DNA of 64,000 nucleotides from the NCBI GenBank assembly GCA_018699415.1, contig JABIQM010000086.1, forward strand, positions 2,449 through 66,448, given 5' to 3'. Origin of the DNA: Acidimicrobiaceae bacterium (GTDB taxonomy: Bacteria > Actinomycetota > Acidimicrobiia > Acidimicrobiales > Aldehydirespiratoraceae). Below are positions 44,752 to 53,442 of this stretch, one piece after another. Numbering within the stretch: the first letter of the stretch is position 1; each line of letters begins with the position of its first letter. The notes beneath the pieces were generated by a model. The model did no database searches, was not told where the DNA came from, and worked only from the letters and a program-made list of their open reading frames with translations. The position numbers and the translations under genes were made by a program.

Positions 44752-46067
44752 CAAGTACCGACCCGGCAAATGTCGAAGGGGCTGGCGGCCACGAAACCGA
44801 TGGTGCTGAGCGCGTGAAGCGCCGCGGCGGCGACTCTGCCGTCCTTCGTCTCAGCGAGGCTGAATGTGCCGAGATCGGCAACGATCCAAGCTCCGGGGCC
44901 GACGACGAGCGCGTATTGCTCAACATGGGACCTTCGCATCCCTCGACTCACGGTGTGTTGCGACTGATGCTCGAAATGGAGGGCGAGACCATCCTTCGCT
45001 CTAAACCTGTTGTCGGATACCTCCATACCGGCATGGAGAAGCAGGCTGAGCAGCTCACCTATCTTCAGGGATGCACCAACGTTACCCGCATGGACTACGC
45101 CTCGCCGCTGTTCACCGAACTGGCGTTCAGCCTTGCCACCGAAAAGCTTCTTGGCATCGAGGTTCCCGAACGAGCCACCTGGATCCGGATGCTCATGTGT
45201 GAGCTCAATCGGATGTCGTCGCATCTTCTGTTCATGGCCACCAACGGCATGGACCTCGGGGCTGTGTCGATGATGATCTACGGCTGGCGTGAGCGCGAAG
45301 AGGTGCTCCGGTTCTTCGAAAAAGTCACTGGCCTTCGTATGAACCACAACTACATCCGACCCGGTGGAGTAGCCGCGGATATGCCCGATGGCTGGGAAGC
45401 CGACGTCGAGCACCTGCTCGAACTGATCCCGCCTCGCCTCGAGGAATACGACATCCTCATGACCGGACAGCCGATCTGGCGCGAGCGTCTTCAGGGCGTG
45501 GGCGTTCTGAACGCCGACGAGGCTCTGGCTCTCTCGGCCACTGGCCCCATTCTTCGCTCAACTGGCTATGCCTGGGACCTCCGCCGCGATGAGCCGTATC
45601 TTGCATATCCCGACGTTGACTTCGACGTCATCGTTGGCAGCTATGGCGACTGCTATGACCGCTACGCAATTCGCCTCAACGAGATCCGCGAGTCGATGCG
45701 TATCGTCGAACAGATTCTCGACAAGATGCCTCCCGGTGAGTACCGGATCCAAGACAAGAAGGTCACGCCGCCACCGCGTGTACGCATCGATCAGTCGATG
45801 GAAGCGCTGATTCATCACTTCAAGATCTTTACCGAAGGCTTCAAGGTGCCTGAGGGTGAGGCGTATGCCTGTGTTGAGTCGCCCCGCGGTGAGCTAGGCG
45901 TTTACATGGTGAGTGACGGCACATCCACCCCGTATCGCATGCATGTCCGCGGTCCGAGTTTCATCAATGTGCAGACCATGCCCCATCTTATGCAGAACGG
46001 CCTGATCGCTGACGGCGTCGCCATCATCTCAAGCGTTGATCCGATCATGGGCGAGGTTGACCGATGA
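44748..46067 (+). CDS. nuoD: NADH-quinone oxidoreductase subunit D
   Basis: 439 aa. NMGPSHPSTHGVLRL, GYLHTGMEK, and C-terminal SVDPIMGEVDR. Confidence 0.95.
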   Translation: MTSTDPANVEGAGGHETDGAERVKRRGGDSAVLRLSEAECAEIGNDPSSGADDERVLLNMGPSHPSTHGVLRLMLEMEGETILRSKPVVGYLHTGMEKQAEQLTYLQGCTNVTRMDYASPLFTELAFSLATEKLLGIEVPERATWIRMLMCELNRMSSHLLFMATNGMDLGAVSMMIYGWREREEVLRFFEKVTGLRMNHNYIRPGGVAADMPDGWEADVEHLLELIPPRLEEYDILMTGQPIWRERLQGVGVLNADEALALSATGPILRSTGYAWDLRRDEPYLAYPDVDFDVIVGSYGDCYDRYAIRLNEIRESMRIVEQILDKMPPGEYRIQDKKVTPPPRVRIDQSMEALIHHFKIFTEGFKVPEGEAYACVESPRGELGVYMVSDGTSTPYRMHVRGPSFINVQTMPHLMQNGLIADGVAIISSVDPIMGEVDR

Positions 46068-46699
46068 CCGAGCACTTCACCACGGCCAATCTGGCGACCG
46101 CTCACGAGATCATTGGTCGCTACCCGAAGCCAAAATCAGCATTGATTCCCCTCTTGCATCTTGCCCAAGAGCAGGACGGCTGGGTTACCGACGAGGCCAT
46201 GCGCCAGATCGCAGAACTCACTGCCACGACGCCGGCTGAGGTGAAGGGAACCGGCTCCTTCTACGAAATGTTCAAGTTCCATCCGGTTGGCAAGTACATG
46301 GTCAATGTGTGCACCAACCTGTCGTGCCAGTTGCTCGGTGGTGAGGAACTGCTCGCTCATGCCGAGGAGAAGCTCGGGGTGAAGGCTGGCGGTACCACCG
46401 CTGACGGAATGTTTACTGTCGAAGACGTGGAGTGCATCGCGGCGTGCACCGAGGCCCCAGCCCTCCAGGTCAATTATCGCTTCCGACACCGCATCACCAT
46501 CGGTGAATTCGATGACCTGATCGACGATATTCGCAGTGGTAAAGCGGATGACATCCCTGAGCACGGCACTCTCGCCCGGGTCCGCCAGTCGATTCCGGCT
46601 GGTTCCGGTGCGGGGATCTATCCGCCCGAGCAGGCCAACGAGGCCCCCGTTTGGCTCGCCCGCAACGATGTGGATAGCGACGAAGGAGGGGAGGCCTGA
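46064..46699 (+). CDS. nuoE: NADH-quinone oxidoreductase subunit E
   Basis: 211 aa. VCTNLSCQLLG ... ECIAACTEAP [2Fe-2S] motifs. Confidence 0.95.
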   Translation: MTEHFTTANLATAHEIIGRYPKPKSALIPLLHLAQEQDGWVTDEAMRQIAELTATTPAEVKGTGSFYEMFKFHPVGKYMVNVCTNLSCQLLGGEELLAHAEEKLGVKAGGTTADGMFTVEDVECIAACTEAPALQVNYRFRHRITIGEFDDLIDDIRSGKADDIPEHGTLARVRQSIPAGSGAGIYPPEQANEAPVWLARNDVDSDEGGEA

Positions 46700-48102
46700 T
46701 GCCAACCCACGACTACATCGCTCATGCTGCCGGGTATGTCGACAACGACGGACCCAAGATTGTCACCAGTCGTTTCCCCTATGAAGATTCGTACACGCTT
46801 GAGCGGTTCGAGGCCACCGGCGGCTACGACGGGTTGCGTAAAGCGCTGAGTCGTCGCCCCAGCGACGTTCACAGCGAGGTTCGTGACGCCACGGTTCTCG
46901 GTCGTGGCGGAGCCGGCTTCCCCGCCGGCGTCAAGTGGGGCTTTATGCCCCCCGGCAAGTTCCCGTACTACCTGGTTGTCAACGGCGATGAGAGCGAACC
47001 CGGCACGTACAAGGATCGGCTCCTCATGGAGCGCGACCCGCACCAGCTGATCGAGGGTTGCCTCATTACCTGCTACGCACTGGGTCTCGCCCAGTGCTTC
47101 CTTTACGTCCGGGGCGAGATGGCGTTGGCCCAAGAGCGCATCGGCGAAGCCCTCAACGACGCATACGCCAACGGGTATGTCGGCCAGAACATTCTCGGCA
47201 CAAACTTCAGCGTCGACATCACCCTTACCTGGGGTGCCGGCGCGTATATCGTGGGCGAAGAGACGGCCCTCATTGAGAGCCTCGAAGGCAATCGCGGTAT
47301 GCCGCGATTGAAGCCGCCCTACTTCCCTGCGGCGATCGGCCTCTACGGTCAGCCAACGATCGTTAATAATGTCGAAACGCTGGCCAACCTGCCATGGCTC
47401 ATGAACAATGGTGCTGACCAGTACAAGACCTACGGGTCCGAGTCGTCACCAGGTACACGCATGGTTGCGGTGTCAGGCCATGTGAAGCGTCCCGGTGTGT
47501 ATGAGATCGAGCAAGGCGTCACGACGTTCCGCGATCTCTTCTATAGCGACAACTTCTGCCAAGGGATTCGAGAGGGCCACGAGCTAAAGATGTTTGTGCC
47601 CGGCGGAGGCTCTGCTCCGTGGCTTTTTCCCGAGCAGGTCGATCTGCCACTCGAAGCGAGTGCAGTCGGCGCCGCTGGTTCGATGCTCGGCTCCGGTGCA
47701 ATCATCGTGATGGACGAGACGACGGACGCGGTGAAAGCCGCTCTTCGACTGGTGCGCTTCTATGCCCGCGAGTCGTGCGGCAAGTGCACTCCCTGCCGTG
47801 AAGGCACCACCTGGGAAGAGCGCGTGATGCAGCGTATTCTTGACGGTGAAGGGCGCCCCAGCGACATTGACATGCTGCTCGATATCGCCGACAACATTTC
47901 GCCTGGCCCATACCCGGTTGCCGCCGATCCTTCACAGGGTCTTGAGGCTGTGCCGTTCCCGCCGAAGCAGACCACAATTTGCCCGCTTGGGCCATCATCG
48001 GTCGCTCCGATTGCGTCGACGATTCGTCGGTTCCGCCACGAGTACGACGCGAAGATCACCAAGCGCGACACCATTCCTGTCACTGTTGAGGCGCTCTCAT
48101 GA
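46699..48102 (+). CDS. nuoF: NADH-quinone oxidoreductase subunit F
   Basis: 467 aa. GRGGAGFPAGVKW (FMN/NADH site), VVNGDESEPGT, and ESCGKCTPCREG (N3 cluster). Confidence 0.95.
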   Translation: MPTHDYIAHAAGYVDNDGPKIVTSRFPYEDSYTLERFEATGGYDGLRKALSRRPSDVHSEVRDATVLGRGGAGFPAGVKWGFMPPGKFPYYLVVNGDESEPGTYKDRLLMERDPHQLIEGCLITCYALGLAQCFLYVRGEMALAQERIGEALNDAYANGYVGQNILGTNFSVDITLTWGAGAYIVGEETALIESLEGNRGMPRLKPPYFPAAIGLYGQPTIVNNVETLANLPWLMNNGADQYKTYGSESSPGTRMVAVSGHVKRPGVYEIEQGVTTFRDLFYSDNFCQGIREGHELKMFVPGGGSAPWLFPEQVDLPLEASAVGAAGSMLGSGAIIVMDETTDAVKAALRLVRFYARESCGKCTPCREGTTWEERVMQRILDGEGRPSDIDMLLDIADNISPGPYPVAADPSQGLEAVPFPPKQTTICPLGPSSVAPIASTIRRFRHEYDAKITKRDTIPVTVEALS

Positions 48103-50582
48103 CCGACACACACGACGCCGTTTCCACTGTCTCGGTCACCGTCAACGGCAACGAGATTGAGGGCAACGTTGGAGAGTTGCTCATCGATGCCTGCGAGCGC
48201 AACGGCACCTACATCCCGCGCTTCTGCTATCACCCGCGCATGACGCCGGTTGGCATGTGCCGCATGTGTCTTGTTGAGGTCGACACGGGTCGTGGGCCGT
48301 CTCTTCAGCCGAGCTGCATGCTGCCAGTGTCCGATGGGATGACTGTCGATACCGAGAGCGAACTCACCAAGAAGGCCCAGGACGGGGTCCTCGAGTTTCT
48401 TCTTATCAACCACCCGCTTGATTGCCCGGTCTGCGATAAGGGCGGTGAATGCCCGCTCCAGGATCAGACCATGGCCTTTGGGCCCGGCGAGTCGCGCTTC
48501 ATCGAAGAAAAGCGGCATTTCGAGAAGCCGATCGCCATCAGCGACACCGTCTACCTCGATCGTGAGCGCTGCATCCTGTGTGATCGTTGTACCCGTTTCG
48601 CTGACGAGGTCGCCGGTGACACTCTGATCCACTTCATGGACCGGGGAAACAACACCCAGGTGAACACCTTCCCCAACGAGCCGTTCGCGTCGTACTTCTC
48701 GGGCAACACCGTGCAGATCTGTCCGGTCGGTGCGTTGACGGCGACGCCTTACCGTTTCAAGGCCCGCCCGTGGGACCTTGAAGAAAACCTCTCAACAGCG
48801 TGGACCGATTCGGTCGGTTCGCGCATCACCGTGCAGTCATCGCGCAACAAGGTCCTGCGTGTCCTTGGCGTCGACAGTGACTCGGTCAATTGGGGTTGGT
48901 TGTCCGATAAGGAACGTTTCGCGTTCGAAGCTCTTAACAGTGCCGGCCGCATTACGCAGCCCCTGGCCCGTGCCGACGCTGACGCTGACTTGGCCTCAAC
49001 AGGTTGGGCTGCGGCGATGCAGACGGTTGTCGATGTGCTCACCGACGTCGACCCCGCTCGGGTTGGCGTGATCGGCGGCGCTCGCCTTACCAACGAGTCT
49101 CAGTACGCCTGGTCCAAACTTGCCAAGAGTGTCATCGGTACCGACAATGTCGATGCTCAGCTCAGTGATGGCCTTCCCGCTGAGGTTGTGCTCGGCTTAC
49201 CTCGGGCGACGATTGCCGATGCCTGTCGCCCTGGTGGCACCATCATTCTGGTGGGCCCCGACCCGAAGGAAGACCTCGGCGCCCTCTTCCTGCGTCTCCG
49301 TCACACTGTGGTCAACGACGGTGCCAGGCTGATTGAACTGACGCCGCACCGCACTGGTCTTTCCGGAATTGCCGCCCACTCTCTTCATCCTCGTCCCGGC
49401 GAAGTTGGCAACCTTGCTGCGGCTCTCGTTGCAGCACGCTCTGGGGTGGCAGTCGACGCCGCCGGGGTCTCAGCCGACGCCATTGCTGCCGCCGCCGCAT
49501 CCATCAGCGGACCGATCACGGTTGTGCTCGGACGCGCCTCGCTCGCTGAGTCATCGGAAGCCGTAGTCGACGCCGCGGCCGCTCTTAACGGACTCGCAAA
49601 CGTCTCGTTCCTGTCGGCACTGCGGCGTGGAAACGTGCACGGCGCGATCGACGCAGGCCTCGCTCCTGGTCTGCTGCCCGGCCGCACGACCCTTGTCGAC
49701 GGTGGTGATGCGTTCACGAAAGCCTGGGGCTCGATTCCCGACGCTCCGGGCCTTGACACTGCCGGCATGCTTGCCGCAGCGGCGACTGGCGACATTGATG
49801 TGCTCGTCCTTCTTGGCGCGGATCCGTTGAGCGACTTCCCCGAAGCCGCTGTAGCCGAAGCCGGTCTCCGTGGTGCCGCCACTGTGATCGCCATCGACAC
49901 ATTGCCCAATGCCTCGGTCCTGGCCCATGCCGATGTGGTTCTGCCTGCTGCGGCAGCCACCGAAGTTGACGGCACCTTCACCAATCTCGAAGGGCGAGTG
50001 AGTGTCTGCGAACAGAAGGTCACACCGTGCGGCACCGCGCGGGCTGACTGGATGATCGCCGCTCAAATCGCTTCTCGATTGGGTGCTGATCTCGGCATCG
50101 ACTCGCCGGCCGCAGCACGCGCCGAACTTGCTGCACTGTCGTCGGTCCATGGTGATCTCACCGAAGAGGCTCTTGGTGCTGCTGGTGTCGAGGGTGTGTT
50201 GTGCGCTGGCAACGGGTCCATCATTGCCCCGGTTGCCAACGACGTAACCGCCCCGATCAACGATGCCTACTCGCTTCGTCTCGTGGCCACTCGGCGGATG
50301 TATGACGCCGGCACAACCCTGGCTCATTCGCCTTCAAGTGCAGGCCTCGCTGCTTCTGTCGAGGTTCGCCTGAACCCGACCGACTTTGACAAGCTTGGTG
50401 TCTCTTCTGGCAGCTTGGTAAAACTGACCTCCAGCAAGGGTGAGTTGATGGCTCCTGTTGTCGCCGATTTGGGTGTGCCGGTCGGTTCGGCGGCCATCCC
50501 GACCAACTCCCCGGACGCCAACGCCAACCGACTGATCGATGCCTCGCAATCGGTCACCGATGTGCGGGTGGAGCGTTCATGA
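48099..50582 (+). CDS. nuoG: NADH-quinone oxidoreductase subunit G
   Basis: 827 aa. N-terminal 2Fe-2S fold (IPRFCYHPRM...CRMCLVEV), HPLDCPVCDKGGECPLQD, and CILCDRCTRF. Confidence 0.95.
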   Translation: MTDTHDAVSTVSVTVNGNEIEGNVGELLIDACERNGTYIPRFCYHPRMTPVGMCRMCLVEVDTGRGPSLQPSCMLPVSDGMTVDTESELTKKAQDGVLEFLLINHPLDCPVCDKGGECPLQDQTMAFGPGESRFIEEKRHFEKPIAISDTVYLDRERCILCDRCTRFADEVAGDTLIHFMDRGNNTQVNTFPNEPFASYFSGNTVQICPVGALTATPYRFKARPWDLEENLSTAWTDSVGSRITVQSSRNKVLRVLGVDSDSVNWGWLSDKERFAFEALNSAGRITQPLARADADADLASTGWAAAMQTVVDVLTDVDPARVGVIGGARLTNESQYAWSKLAKSVIGTDNVDAQLSDGLPAEVVLGLPRATIADACRPGGTIILVGPDPKEDLGALFLRLRHTVVNDGARLIELTPHRTGLSGIAAHSLHPRPGEVGNLAAALVAARSGVAVDAAGVSADAIAAAAASISGPITVVLGRASLAESSEAVVDAAAALNGLANVSFLSALRRGNVHGAIDAGLAPGLLPGRTTLVDGGDAFTKAWGSIPDAPGLDTAGMLAAAATGDIDVLVLLGADPLSDFPEAAVAEAGLRGAATVIAIDTLPNASVLAHADVVLPAAAATEVDGTFTNLEGRVSVCEQKVTPCGTARADWMIAAQIASRLGADLGIDSPAAARAELAALSSVHGDLTEEALGAAGVEGVLCAGNGSIIAPVANDVTAPINDAYSLRLVATRRMYDAGTTLAHSPSSAGLAASVEVRLNPTDFDKLGVSSGSLVKLTSSKGELMAPVVADLGVPVGSAAIPTNSPDANANRLIDASQSVTDVRVERS

Positions 50583-51820
50583 TCCTCGGCCTTGATCCCC
50601 TCTATGCCGGCGACTTCCTGGGTGACCTTCTGGTCACGCTGTTGAAGGTTGGCGTGGCGTTCGTCTTCCTGCTCATCTCGGTGATGCTGATGGTTTGGTT
50701 CGAGCGCAAGCTCATCTCTGACATGCAGAATCGCATCGGCCCGAGCATCGCTGGTCCGTGGGGCATCCTCCAGACTCTGGCTGACGGCATCAAGCTCTTC
50801 TTCAAGGAAGATCTCGTTCCCGACAACGCCGATCGCTTCGCGTTCAAGCTTGCTCCTTACCTCTCGTTGGTCCCAGCGTTTCTCGTCTTTTCCGTAGTTC
50901 CGCTCGGCGGCGACTTCAACGGCGACGACGGCGACGGCGTCATCACCTTGTTTGGCCATGACACCTTCATGCAGGTCGCTGATCCGCCAATGGGCATCTT
51001 GTTCTTTCTGGCGATGTCATCGATTGCCATCTATGGCGTGATGCTTGCTGGTTGGGGTTCGGGATCGAAGTACCCCTTGCTCGGATCCGTCCGTGCGTCG
51101 GCGCAAATGATCTCCTATGAAGCTGCACTGGGCCTTGCCATCGCAGCCGTCGTGTTGCAAACCGGCTCGCTTAGCACGCACGACATGGTGATCGATCAGG
51201 CTGCGCCGGGCTTCTCGCTCGGCTCGTTTGGCATTCCGAACTGGAACATCATCGTGACCGGCATTGTGCCGTTTGTCGTCTTCCTCATCGCCGGTACCGC
51301 AGAACTCAACCGGCCGCCCTTTGACCTTGTGGAGGCAGAGCAGGAACTGGTTGGCGGCTTCCACACCGAGTACTCCTCGATTCGTTTCGCCCTGTTCTTC
51401 TTGGCCGAGTTCATGAACACGATCACGATGTCAGCAGTGATCGTCACCTTGTTCCTAGGTGGTCCTGCCGGTCCGGCCCTTTTCCTGCCGGAAGGCTGGT
51501 GGATTGGCACGATCTGGTTCTTCCTGAAGCTCTTCATCTTCTTGTTTATGTTTGTCTGGTTCCGAGCCACGCTTCCTCGCTTTCGCTACGACCAACTCAT
51601 GGATCTCGGCTGGAAGCTCCTCATCCCGCTGTCGCTCGCCTGGTTCATCATGTTGGCCCTCCTCCGGGTGGCCGAAGGTGAGAACTGGAGTGATGTCAAG
51701 ACATACACTGTCGTACTTGGCTTCATGACCTTCTGTGGCCTGATGGCCACTCTGCTTCTGGCTGCTATCAAAACGGCTCGGTCTGAGCGCATCAACGCGA
51801 TGGAGGATGCCCATGGCTGA
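50579..51820 (+). CDS. nuoH: NADH-quinone oxidoreductase subunit H
   Basis: 413 aa. ERKLISDMQNRIGP, PFDLVEAEQELVGGFHTEYSS, and RATLPRFRYDQLM. Confidence 0.95.
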   Translation: MILGLDPLYAGDFLGDLLVTLLKVGVAFVFLLISVMLMVWFERKLISDMQNRIGPSIAGPWGILQTLADGIKLFFKEDLVPDNADRFAFKLAPYLSLVPAFLVFSVVPLGGDFNGDDGDGVITLFGHDTFMQVADPPMGILFFLAMSSIAIYGVMLAGWGSGSKYPLLGSVRASAQMISYEAALGLAIAAVVLQTGSLSTHDMVIDQAAPGFSLGSFGIPNWNIIVTGIVPFVVFLIAGTAELNRPPFDLVEAEQELVGGFHTEYSSIRFALFFLAEFMNTITMSAVIVTLFLGGPAGPALFLPEGWWIGTIWFFLKLFIFLFMFVWFRATLPRFRYDQLMDLGWKLLIPLSLAWFIMLALLRVAEGENWSDVKTYTVVLGFMTFCGLMATLLLAAIKTARSERINAMEDAHG

Positions 51821-52478
51821 TCCGCTCGATTATTTCCGCGGCTTTGTTGTCACCTTCAAGAAGCTCTTCGAGGATCGCGTTACCGGCGACTATCGAGGCG
51901 GCAAAGCGAAGGAAGGCGCACCGGATAACAAGCGAGTGAAGCCTGCGCGGTTCCATGGTCGCCACGTTCTCAACCGTTACGAAGATGGCATGGAGAAGTG
52001 CATTGGATGCGAGCTGTGCGCCGGGGTCTGCCCCGCCAAATGCATCTATGTGCGTGGTGCCGACAATGACCCCGGCGAGCCCACCTCTCCGGGTGAACGC
52101 TTCGGCTATGTCTACGAGATCAACTATCTGCGTTGCATCCACTGCGACCTGTGTGTCGAGGCGTGCCCAACGCAAGCAATCACTGAGTCGAAACTCTTTG
52201 AGTTCTCGTTTACGAACCGCAGCGATGCCATCTATACGAAGAACGAGCTGGTCGTCGATGACGATGGCATGCCGCAGAAGATGCCGTGGGAAGATTGGCG
52301 TGAAGGTGACGATCAGTTGACTTCGGGGTGGATGCGAGCGACGTCGTCATCCGGAGACCATCGCTACGAAGGTTCTGTGCATTGGGCTGGCGAACTCGGC
52401 TATGGCGTCCGTGCCCCCGAGATTGGCCAAAGCGGGGCAACAGACCCCAGCGAAACTCACGAAGGTGAGGATTCATGA
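51807..52478 (+). CDS. nuoI: NADH-quinone oxidoreductase subunit I
   Basis: 223 aa. CIGCELCAGVCP and CIHCDLCVEACP 4Fe-4S motifs. Confidence 0.95.
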   Translation: MPMADPLDYFRGFVVTFKKLFEDRVTGDYRGGKAKEGAPDNKRVKPARFHGRHVLNRYEDGMEKCIGCELCAGVCPAKCIYVRGADNDPGEPTSPGERFGYVYEINYLRCIHCDLCVEACPTQAITESKLFEFSFTNRSDAIYTKNELVVDDDGMPQKMPWEDWREGDDQLTSGWMRATSSSGDHRYEGSVHWAGELGYGVRAPEIGQSGATDPSETHEGEDS

Positions 52479-53128
52479 GTGAGGAAATCGTCTTCGTCGT
52501 TAGCGCCGCAATTATCTTGGCTGGCGCGCTGGGTGTCGTCCTGTCGAAAAACCCGGTGCATTCGGCCTTGTTCTTGATCCAGACGTTGATGGGCGTGGCG
52601 TTGTTGTTCCTCATTGAGGAAGCGCATTTCCTTGCCGCCGTGCAGGTGGTTGTCTACGCCGGCGCCATCGTGATCCTGTTTCTGTTTGTGATCATGCTGC
52701 TAGGTGTCGATAAAGCCGAAGCTATGGGCGTTGATCCGATCGGTGGTCAGCGCGAGTTGGCACTCGTGATCGGAGCTTCGATCGCGGCGTTTACGATCGT
52801 CACCGTCGGTTGGGCCGTTGATGGTGCTACCGGTGCGGGCCCCTCGTCCCAAGAGCACGCCCTCGACAACGGTTTGACCGATATTGAACGCATCGGCCGA
52901 GTGTTGTTCACCGATTACGCGTTCGGCTTTGAGATCACCGCGGCCATGCTCACCATTGCGGTCATCGGTGCAGTCGTGCTTACCCGCTCGATCAGCCATG
53001 ACGACGTGCTCGACGATCTCGTGCCCGCCTCGATGGCGTTGCCATCCCTTGCTCCGGCCGGAGCCAACGATGAGGATCATGGCGATCACACTGAGGATAA
53101 GACCAGTAACGAGGGGGGAGAGTCCTGA
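52475..53128 (+). CDS. nuoJ: NADH-quinone oxidoreductase subunit J
   Basis: 217 aa. NPVHSALFLI ... VVYAGAIVILFLFVIM signature. Confidence 0.9.
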   Translation: MSEEIVFVVSAAIILAGALGVVLSKNPVHSALFLIQTLMGVALLFLIEEAHFLAAVQVVVYAGAIVILFLFVIMLLGVDKAEAMGVDPIGGQRELALVIGASIAAFTIVTVGWAVDGATGAGPSSQEHALDNGLTDIERIGRVLFTDYAFGFEITAAMLTIAVIGAVVLTRSISHDDVLDDLVPASMALPSLAPAGANDEDHGDHTEDKTSNEGGES

Positions 53129-53433
53129 TGGAACTCACCACTACCTGGTACCTCGTGTTGTCGGCGATGATGTTCTCGATTGGAGCGACAGGTCTGTTGA
53201 TTCGCCGGAACCCACTGGTGATGTTCATGTGCGTGGAACTGATGCTCAATGCCGTGAATGTCTCGTTTGTGGCGTTTGGTGCGGAACTGAATGATGTCGG
53301 CGGCCAGATCGCCGTGTTCTTTGTCCTGGTGGTCGCTGCTGTGGAGGTCGTTGTCGGCCTTGCCTTGGTTGTGGCGATCACCCGTCGTCGAGCGGATGCC
53401 ACCGCCGATGACCTGTCGGTGTTGAGGGGGTAG
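53128..53433 (+). CDS. nuoK: NADH-quinone oxidoreductase subunit K
   Basis: 101 aa. RRNPLVMFMCVELMLNAVN ... AAVEVVVGLA signature. Confidence 0.95.
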   Translation: MELTTTWYLVLSAMMFSIGATGLLIRRNPLVMFMCVELMLNAVNVSFVAFGAELNDVGGQIAVFFVLVVAAVEVVVGLALVVAITRRRADATADDLSVLRG

Positions 53434-53442
53434 GCGTCGCTC